From positions 1-45,985 of the forward strand of contig JBHJHA010000084.1 of the NCBI GenBank assembly GCA_050331235.1: a stretch of 45,985 nt of DNA, in the 5' to 3' direction. The notes below the pieces were generated by a model. It had not been told where the DNA came from and ran no database searches. It worked only from the letters and a program-made list of their open reading frames with translations. Made by a program: the position numbers and the translations under genes. Each line of letters opens with the position of its first letter. The first letter of the stretch is position 1. The DNA comes from Leptolyngbyaceae cyanobacterium. GTDB taxonomy: Bacteria; Cyanobacteriota; Cyanobacteriia; Phormidesmidales; Phormidesmidaceae. This document shows positions 39,485 through 45,985 of this stretch, piece after piece.

Positions 39485-40231
39485 CTACGCCGTCATCACC
39501 GTGGGCACTTTACCAAAGCGGCGATCGCGCTGCTGATAAGCCAACAATGCCTGGTGAAACGCGGTACGGTCAAAGTCAGGCCAGAGGCGATCGGTAAAAT
39601 ACAGTTCGGTGTAGGCCAGCTGCCACAGCAGATAGTTGCTGAGCCGTTGTTCGCCACTGGTGCGAATCAGCAGGTCAGGATCGGGACTGTTGGGCGTGTA
39701 AAGCTGCTGGCCAATCAGCGTTTCGGTAATATCGGCGGGCTGTAGCTGTCCCCACTGCACTTGTTGAGCTAGCTGCTGGCAGGCCCGCGTAATTTCTAGC
39801 CGACTGCCATAGTTCACCGCCACATTAAAGGTTACGGCCCGGTTATGCGCCGTCATTTCTCTGGCTTGGTACATTTCGGCTTGCAGGGTATCAGGCAACT
39901 CCGACAAGTCACCCAAAAATTGGAGACGCACCCCCTCCCGATGCATCACCTGGAGCTCTCGGTGCAGCAGTCGCTCAAATAGCCGCATGAGAAACTCCAC
40001 TTCCTTGAGGGGCCGTTGCCAGTTCTCAGTGGAAAAAGCATAGACCGTCAGCGTGGGAATGCCCCAGTCTTTGCAGCAGTGCACCAGTTCTTTAACCACA
40101 TGTGCCCCTTGGCGGTGGCCGGCAATGCGAGGCAGTCCCTGGTTTTGAGCCCAGCGACCGTTGCCATCCATGATGAAAGCGACATGGCGCGGCAGGCGAT
40201 CGCGATGAATGTCGAGCGGCAAAGTTTTCAT
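39485..40231 (-). CDS. uppS: cis-Prenyltransferase (UppS family)
   Basis: HVAFIMDGNGRWA, YAFSTENWQRP, NYGSRLEI, DLLIRTSGEQRLSNYLLWQLAY and RDRRFG; GGAG RBS before ATG 40231. Confidence 0.92.
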   Translation of the reverse strand: MKTLPLDIHRDRLPRHVAFIMDGNGRWAQNQGLPRIAGHRQGAHVVKELVHCCKDWGIPTLTVYAFSTENWQRPLKEVEFLMRLFERLLHRELQVMHREGVRLQFLGDLSELPDTLQAEMYQAREMTAHNRAVTFNVAVNYGSRLEITRACQQLAQQVQWGQLQPADITETLIGQQLYTPNSPDPDLLIRTSGEQRLSNYLLWQLAYTELYFTDRLWPDFDRTAFHQALLAYQQRDRRFGKVPTVMTA

Positions 40232-40283
40232 ATCATTTCTCCATAAAACAAACGTGGTCAAGTGGGCGGCGGTTTCCCTTGCG

Positions 40284-41270
40284 TTAACAGTTACGGGCGG
40301 TTTCAGTTGAGTTGGGTCGCCCGAATAACTCATTCAAATAGGCTGGCGTCAGGCTCTGGTTCCACTGCCAGAGCGGTTTGATTACTTGGTCAAAGGTGTA
40401 AAGCAACATGAAGCGATTGATCGTCGACCACTGCTCCCAAGCCAGCTCCCGCATCATGCGTCGCAGGGTGTGCAGTAAGCTGCCCTGGGTGGTGCGATCG
40501 CGGGCTTTGCGCACCATGGCCCGCCCCAGGGTTTGGCCAATCTTGACCAGGGAAGAATCGGGATAAGCCCACATACCAAAGCCCCAAAACTTGGTCATAT
40601 GGTTGATTTCGTCAATCAGCAACTCAGCTAAAACGCGTTGCAAGGCCCCAGTCGAATGGGCCATCATCCACAGATATAGACAGGTAGCGCCATATTCGGT
40701 GGCAACTCGGTGCAGCCCATGTCGGTAAAGGTTTTCTCGTGGATCTGCAGCGGGTTGGTAGGGGCGAGCGGCGTGGGGCACGATGTCTGGCCGCTGACCG
40801 CTGAGCTGGGTATACAGTTTGGCCAGGGCCGGAGTATGGCGTTTTTCCTCCCGTTCCCAGAGACCGATTTCCATCAGTCTGCCGGAGGCGTCCACTTGAC
40901 CACCGACAAATCGAGCCATCGCCGGATACAGGGTGGCTAAGTACTGACGGCTGCTCTGGGTATAGCCCCGGATGGGGGCTTCGGTATTGATGGTGCCTAG
41001 CAGAGTGGCGCAAAAGGCCTCTCGTTCGATACCCACCAGTTGGTCAGCATGAACTTCGTGCCAAGGCAGCGTCCCCCAGGGCCGCACCGTCGGTTGGGCG
41101 AACTGGTGGGGTAGGTCTGCCAGGCGATCGCTCAATTGCTCCGGCGTGATATAGCGCTGTCTCAAGGTCCGAATCCGTTGCAGGATTTGCAACCAGCTCA
41201 GATCCGTATTACAAGCTCCGGCAAGATCAACAGTGTACGTGAGTGCAGGGCCGATATAGGTCATGGTCAT
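40284..41270 (-). CDS. Ferritin-like di-iron carboxylate protein (acyl-ACP desaturase-like spacing)
   Basis: Ligand pattern E (INTEAP), EEKRH, E (ATEYG), DEINH. Start uncertain (41315, 41270 or 41264). Confidence 0.78.
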   Translation of the reverse strand: MTMTYIGPALTYTVDLAGACNTDLSWLQILQRIRTLRQRYITPEQLSDRLADLPHQFAQPTVRPWGTLPWHEVHADQLVGIEREAFCATLLGTINTEAPIRGYTQSSRQYLATLYPAMARFVGGQVDASGRLMEIGLWEREEKRHTPALAKLYTQLSGQRPDIVPHAARPYQPAADPRENLYRHGLHRVATEYGATCLYLWMMAHSTGALQRVLAELLIDEINHMTKFWGFGMWAYPDSSLVKIGQTLGRAMVRKARDRTTQGSLLHTLRRMMRELAWEQWSTINRFMLLYTFDQVIKPLWQWNQSLTPAYLNELFGRPNSTETARNC

Positions 41271-41320
41271 CCCTATCGTGGTGGGTCTCCCCAACCATAT
41301 CGGCGCCCAATTCATTCGTC

Positions 41321-41380
41321 AGTCGGTCAACGTCAGCCCTGGTAAATTGACCGCAGCCAGAAATAGTCGGAAAACGTCTG
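41321..41380. promoter_or_regulatory. Two 16-bp direct repeats, 44-bp period (candidate operator)
   Basis: AGTCGGTCAACGTCAG (41321-41336) and AGTCGGAAAACGTCTG (41365-41380), 13/16 identical. Confidence 0.5.
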
Positions 41381-41607
41381 TTGTGCTGACTTAGACCTAG
41401 AGGCTTCAGTAATTCTCGCTATTCTCACTGAAGGGGAAGGTGTGATTGCGGGAAGTCACTTAGTTAGACCGGGGGCGATTGCCCGCGCCTTCCTTGACGG
41501 AGCCAACGCTGAACCAGTCCCTATGCAATCTTATTTTTCCTTTATTTGCAATGCCGACCTCCCTATATCAATCCGCTAAATTAGACCAAAGCTCAGGAAG
41601 TCAAACA

Positions 41608-44007
41608 ATGAGCGCTGACACCGCTTTAGACCTGGCCGATGCGCTGGTATTTCGAGTCACGGGGAAGCATCTCAGTGACCTTCAGCGCCAGATTTTGATC
41701 GATGTTTGGCAACGACAAACCTACAGTGAAATTGCCCAACAGCGGCGATATACCGAAGGGCATGTCAAAGATGTGGCCTCACAGATGTGGCAGGCCCTTT
41801 CCCAAGCTTTAGACGAGCGCGTCACCAAAAGCAACAGTTTGGCCGTGCTGGAGCGCGCGCTCAACCAGCCCGATCAGCCCGCCTTGGCACCATCTCCTTC
41901 CAACAGCCTAGACTCTGACTGGTTAGTCGGGCGCGCCACCGCGATCACTCAGCTTGATCGACTGCTAACCCAGGATTATCGCGCGATCGTCGTGCAAGGG
42001 GAGGGGGGCATCGGCAAAACTACTCTGGCCCAGCATTATTTAGAAACCAAGCCGTTTGACCGGGTCTTGGAGCTCTTGATGGCCAAGGAGACCGCGAACA
42101 TGACCCCCGCTGAGCAAGTCGTTGAGGAATGGTTGCGTCAAGATTTTCAGCTAGAACCCGGCCCCGATTTTGGCGTGACCCTCGATCGCCTTAAGCGACA
42201 GCTCCGATGCCAGCGCGTCGGCATCTTGATTGATAACCTAGAGCCGGCTTTGGATTCCCAGGGACGCTTTTGGCCACAACATTCTCGCTATGGCGATTTG
42301 ATGCGGGTGCTCTGTGACCCCAGAGGGCAGACTGTAACGCTGCTGACCAGTCGCGATCGCCTCTGTGAGCCGGGAGTTTCGGTCTATCACTATCGTTTGC
42401 CAGGGCTCAGTCGTGATGCTTGGGCGCTGTTTTTTGAGCGCGGCGCCATCGCCGTTAGCGCGGCAGTGTTGGCGGCGATGCACCGGGCCTATGGCGGTAA
42501 CGCCAAGGCGATGAACATTTTGCTCAGAGCGATCAAGGGTGATTTTGACGGCGATGGCGATGCCTATTGGCAAGAGGTCGGGACCGATCCCCTCACGGTA
42601 TTAGACCTGAAGAATTTGGTGGTGAGCCAGGTCAATCGACTACGGGCACTAGACGGAGATGCCTACCGCCTGTTTTGCCGGCTAGGGGCCTTTCGCTATC
42701 AAGATGTACCGCGATTGCCCACGTCAGCGCTCCTAGACATGATGTGGGACATTGACCCATCCCACCACCGCCAGGTGATCACCTCTTTGCGCAACCGCTC
42801 CTTGATCGAGCATCACAAAGGGGAGTACTGGTTGCATCCCGTCGTTCAGTCAGAAGCCCTTGAACGGCTGCGGCAGACACCTGACTGGCAGCTCACCCAT
42901 CGGCAAGCGGTGCAGTTTTGGACTGACCAGGTAGAGACGATCGCCTCCATCACCGACGCTACTTGGGCCTTTGAGGCTTACTACCACGCTCGGGCGATCG
43001 CCGATTATGAAACGGCCGCCACAATCTTGCTCAACAGTCGCCATAACCAATGGGAGCAGCACTTGACCTTGGGCAGTACGCTGTATCGTCTGGGACTATT
43101 GCAGCCGGTGTTGACAGCCATCCCCCCGCTGCTGCCTCATCTGCCCGACAACCAGCGCACCAGTGAGCTCCGCAATATCCTGGCGGACGTTTCCTGGATA
43201 GCGGGCAAAATTCACGCGGCGATCGCTCTGCAAAAACAGGCCCAAGCAATCGCCCATCAGGGACTCAAAACGGCCTACGAGGAGGCCGCAGACGCCCACG
43301 CAATCTACTGCTGGCGCATGTTAGAGGTAGATGCACTCCTGAGTTTGGGGCTTTATCACTTAGACTTGTGGGAACTGATAGCAGCAGCGGAGTTCTTTCA
43401 GTCGGTGATTGCCGCCGCCACTGGCACCCCCCAACAGAGTTGGGCTGACAAGGCCGCATTATGCTTAGCGCTAGTGGCCTCACATCACCAAATCGGCGCA
43501 GATATCACCCTGACGCAGTCCCCTGATCAGTCACTGTCGACCCTGGCAGAAACATTGGCCGAGCAGGCCTACCGGGGGATCGCCGACACCACCCGCCCCG
43601 AATACACTGGGCGATTTGCCTTTTTCATTCAGCTATTGGCCCAAACCTACACCAACTTGGGCAACACCCCCCGCGCCACAGAGCTTTACGAGCGGGCGAT
43701 CGCCTTTGCTGAAGAAAGTCACTACGTCCAGGTCAAAGCAAAAGCGCTACTCGGTTGGGGCGTCTTGCTCCGCGGCCAAGGCCAACCCGAATCGGCGATC
43801 TCTCACATGACGACTGCCCTCCAACTCTTTGAAGAGATGGGGGCCCAAAGCGACCTGGCGGAGGCCCATTATCAGCTAGGTCATACCTATCAGCAGCAAG
43901 CAGATATGTCGGCCGCCCAGCCCCATCTCGCCGCCGCTATCCAAATTTTTGAAGCCATTCAAGCACCGCGACAAGTTGCCAAAGTTCAGACGGTTCTACG
44001 CCCCTGA
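41608..44007 (+). CDS. HTH-STAND (NB-ARC-like) ATPase-TPR protein
   Basis: N-terminal HTH-like region (LSDLQRQIL...QTYSEIA...[12 protein letters not shown]), Walker A GEGGIGKT, Walker B ILIDNLE, LLTSR, winged-helix-like LRNRSLIE...LHPVV, then TPRs. ATG 41608 preferred. Confidence 0.85.
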   Translation: MSADTALDLADALVFRVTGKHLSDLQRQILIDVWQRQTYSEIAQQRRYTEGHVKDVASQMWQALSQALDERVTKSNSLAVLERALNQPDQPALAPSPSNSLDSDWLVGRATAITQLDRLLTQDYRAIVVQGEGGIGKTTLAQHYLETKPFDRVLELLMAKETANMTPAEQVVEEWLRQDFQLEPGPDFGVTLDRLKRQLRCQRVGILIDNLEPALDSQGRFWPQHSRYGDLMRVLCDPRGQTVTLLTSRDRLCEPGVSVYHYRLPGLSRDAWALFFERGAIAVSAAVLAAMHRAYGGNAKAMNILLRAIKGDFDGDGDAYWQEVGTDPLTVLDLKNLVVSQVNRLRALDGDAYRLFCRLGAFRYQDVPRLPTSALLDMMWDIDPSHHRQVITSLRNRSLIEHHKGEYWLHPVVQSEALERLRQTPDWQLTHRQAVQFWTDQVETIASITDATWAFEAYYHARAIADYETAATILLNSRHNQWEQHLTLGSTLYRLGLLQPVLTAIPPLLPHLPDNQRTSELRNILADVSWIAGKIHAAIALQKQAQAIAHQGLKTAYEEAADAHAIYCWRMLEVDALLSLGLYHLDLWELIAAAEFFQSVIAAATGTPQQSWADKAALCLALVASHHQIGADITLTQSPDQSLSTLAETLAEQAYRGIADTTRPEYTGRFAFFIQLLAQTYTNLGNTPRATELYERAIAFAEESHYVQVKAKALLGWGVLLRGQGQPESAISHMTTALQLFEEMGAQSDLAEAHYQLGHTYQQQADMSAAQPHLAAAIQIFEAIQAPRQVAKVQTVLRP

Positions 44008-44292
44008 GTCATCGAGAATTTTCGGCACCTTGATGAAATCTTCTTCGCGCTCGGGGGCGTTGCTCAGCAGACTATCGCGATCGCCAAACACCTCTAGCTG
44101 ATCAGGGCGATGGATGTTGCTCACTTCGATCGCGCGGGTGGTTGGCGGTATATCAGTGGTATCAAGCTCATTTAGCTGCTCAACGTAGTCCAAAATGCTG
44201 TTGAGCTGAGTGGTGAGCGCCTGCTCTTCACTCTCTTCCAGCTCTAGGCGAGCCAGATGGGCTACTTTACGCACCTGTTCGGCATCAATCAC
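43996..44292 (-). CDS. gatC: Asp/Glu-tRNA amidotransferase subunit C
   Basis: [12 protein letters not shown]...[13 protein letters not shown]...[16 protein letters not shown]. Confidence 0.96.
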   Translation of the reverse strand: MIDAEQVRKVAHLARLELEESEEQALTTQLNSILDYVEQLNELDTTDIPPTTRAIEVSNIHRPDQLEVFGDRDSLLSNAPEREEDFIKVPKILDDSGA

Positions 44293-44359
44293 AATGACGT
44301 CTTCTCTCTCAATCGTTGACCGTGAGTCCAGCTCACACTAGAAGTATCAGCCCAGCGGC

Positions 44360-44881
44360 TTAGAAAAATGTATCGACTTTCATCCGACCGGTATTTTTCA
44401 GCCAGTTTTGCGCCTCAATATAGTTGTTTGGTGCAATGCGAACGGCCTCTAACCAGTAGGCGGCCGCCTGATCAAATAGGTCGTTAGCGGCCTGCTCATC
44501 GCCCGCGGCCTCAGCCTGCTCGCCCTTGTAGTGATAAATCACCGCCATATTGTTCAAGGCTTGACAGAGCCGAGGGTTGAGCTCAAGGGCAGCTTCGTAG
44601 CGGGCCAGAGCTTTTGGGTGCTCGCCGTTACTCGCATGAATCAGCCCCATGTTGTAAAGCACGAAGCTCTTATCATAGGGATCTTCCTCTAGCTTCAGCG
44701 CTTCTTCGTAGTTTTCCATGGCTTCTGCATATTCGCCATCGGCCTGGGCCGACATGCCATCGCGATAGTAGGCAAAGGCTTCTTTGGCGCTTTGCTTGGT
44801 CGGCATCATCTTGAGGATCATGTCGGCCATGACAGTAAAGGTTTTGTCGATAAAATTGTCGTTTCGCTGAGTTCTAGGCAT
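44360..44881 (-). CDS. ycf3: Photosystem I assembly protein Ycf3
   Basis: [15 protein letters not shown]...[17 protein letters not shown]...[13 protein letters not shown]. Confidence 0.98.
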   Translation of the reverse strand: MPRTQRNDNFIDKTFTVMADMILKMMPTKQSAKEAFAYYRDGMSAQADGEYAEAMENYEEALKLEEDPYDKSFVLYNMGLIHASNGEHPKALARYEAALELNPRLCQALNNMAVIYHYKGEQAEAAGDEQAANDLFDQAAAYWLEAVRIAPNNYIEAQNWLKNTGRMKVDTFF

Positions 44882-44945
44882 GGGAAACAGCAAATGTCAG
44901 TAAGCAAGTTCCTCACTACTTTAGCGCTCACGGTGGCGATCGCGA

Positions 44946-45386
44946 CTAGCTAGATGTCGTTGGGTCGCAAGAGATTATTCGTTCATTCAAGAAAAAGACC
45001 AACTCACCAATGGTTTCCAGCATTGATTCGTCAAATTCTTCGCTGATATCCACTTGAAATGTTTCGTAAAAATCGATGCATAGCTGGGTCGGCCAATCAA
45101 ACCAGCACACCAGCGGCAGTTGCAGATCTTCGATCAGGCGATCGCTGGGTCGCAGTTGACTTACTTTGAGTCCGGAGTAGGCTGGTAGCTTCTCGTATAT
45201 AAAAGCTAGCAGGGATTCCGCAGGGGGCTGCTCAGTTTCGCTCACAAATAGCTTTGACCACTCCTCTAGCGACAAAGAGGAACGGCCGTTCAGTTGCAGG
45301 TTGATACGGCGACGGATCTTCGTGTCTGGACCCAAATCGCGATAGGTCCGCAAGCTTTGAAGGTAGTTGAGCGCTGACTGCCACAT
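44946..45386 (-). CDS. Hypothetical protein with acyl-carrier-protein-like C-terminal half
   Basis: RPSDRLIEDLQL...FYETFQVDISEE...LETIGELVFFL follows the ACP helix pattern but has no DSL serine. Confidence 0.6.
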   Translation of the reverse strand: MWQSALNYLQSLRTYRDLGPDTKIRRRINLQLNGRSSLSLEEWSKLFVSETEQPPAESLLAFIYEKLPAYSGLKVSQLRPSDRLIEDLQLPLVCWFDWPTQLCIDFYETFQVDISEEFDESMLETIGELVFFLNERIISCDPTTSS

Positions 45387-45534
45387 GAAACCGTGATACC
45401 CGGTGGCTTATTTGCCTAAAGTGTTCCCAGGAAACATGTCCTGACGCTAATGCTCAGCGCAAATGACAATATTTATATCCGGCTCAAACCTTTGATGAGT
45501 TTTGGGTAGGCCAGCTCAGAGAGCCGCCAGGAAA

Positions 45535-45553
45535 GGGCGCCCAGCGCCCCTAC
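45535..45553 (-). repeat. GTAG-type REP-like palindrome
   Basis: Minus strand GTAG-GGGCGC-TGG-GCGCCC in an intergenic region. Confidence 0.55.
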
Positions 45554-45608
45554 AACTCCCTTGAACCAACCGCTCCGGTACTGGACCTTGAATCATCGAC
45601 TAAAATTG

Positions 45609-45971
45609 CTAATCGCCGAGCCCCAACTGCCGCTTCAACGCCTCCGGCACCCCAATCGCACTCTCTAACCCCTTCACACCTTGCCACTGTGTTTTGTCAT
45701 TCCAATGAATCTCTGGCAAATATTCATCCGATAGTCTTGCCTCGGTCAAGTCAGCGTTACGGAGGTCGGCGTTGCGGAGGTCGGCGTTGCGAAGGTCGGA
45801 GTTGCGGAGGTCGGCGTAGCAGAGGTAGGAGACGCAAAGGTAGGCGTTGCTAAGGTCGGCGTTGCTTAGGTCGGCGTTGCGAAGGTCGGAGAAGCGGAGG
45901 TTGGCGTAGCGGAGGGTGGAGAAGAGGAAGGAGGCGAACATGAGGGAGGAGACGAAAAGTAAGGCGAACAT
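45609..45971 (-). CDS. Pentapeptide-repeat protein, C-terminal part (5' portion degenerate or truncated)
   Basis: A(D/N)LxN repeats encoded by 15-bp tandem units (GGTCGGCGTTGCGGA on +); in-frame TGA at 45981-45983 just upstream. Confidence 0.75.
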   Translation of the reverse strand: MFALLFVSSLMFASFLFSTLRYANLRFSDLRNADLSNADLSNAYLCVSYLCYADLRNSDLRNADLRNADLRNADLTEARLSDEYLPEIHWNDKTQWQGVKGLESAIGVPEALKRQLGLGD

Positions 45972-45985
45972 GAGAAATACTCAGA

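Larger units (their letters stand above)
2103..45145. repeat. HIP1 octamer GCGATCGC, dispersed in many copies
   Basis: Seen repeatedly across the window (e.g. near 2103, 3362, 7514, 10312, 10321, 16560, 27110, 45138), a hallmark of many cyanobacterial genomes. Confidence 0.9.

Noticed and set aside
41608..44007. Avs-type antiphage STAND system
   Set aside because: The N-terminus is HTH-like with no nuclease, TIR, SIR2 or protease effector, and the context is not a defence island; a regulator is more parsimonious.
45745..45985. CRISPR array or DGR variable region
   Set aside because: The repeats are contiguous 15-bp coding units without spacers. Changes also affect G and C positions, and no reverse transcriptase or template repeat is in the window.
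1..45985. tRNA or rRNA genes
   Set aside because: No cloverleaf with T-loop consensus or rRNA-like segment was seen in the intergenic regions by eye.

Overview
Cyanobacterial chromosomal segment: dense HIP1 GCGATCGC sites and the gene set suggest a filamentous Leptolyngbya/Nodosilinea-like organism (inference). It starts inside an IS982-family element and ends in a degenerate pentapeptide-repeat gene. Housekeeping blocks are rubA-ycf48-psbEFLJ, ndhCKJ, cpcBA-cpcC-cpcC-cpcD-cpcE-cpcF, gatC and ycf3; psbF, psbL and psbJ were absent from the ORF track and were read by hand. Three accessory modules stand out. (1) A four-gene surface operon at 7027-16741 encodes a DUF11 adaptor, a large outer-membrane beta-barrel, a beta-helix/OmpA protein and a DUF11-repeat adhesin. 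The last DUF11 domain of the adhesin lacks its Asn-bearing strand, while the adaptor begins with such an orphan strand, suggesting inter-subunit donor-strand complementation, possibly with an intermolecular isopeptide bond. This is the best candidate for an undescribed system. (2) A co-directional island at 17110-27121 holds two secreted sulfatase paralogs (one frameshifted) plus GAP/Sap, LURP-one, DUF1269-like, CLC and CorA genes; both sulfatases share a Pho-box-like promoter architecture. (3) An HTH-STAND-TPR protein lies divergent from a di-iron ferritin-like gene and a cis-prenyltransferase, with a 16-bp direct repeat between them. All family calls come from motif recognition by eye; no database searches were run.
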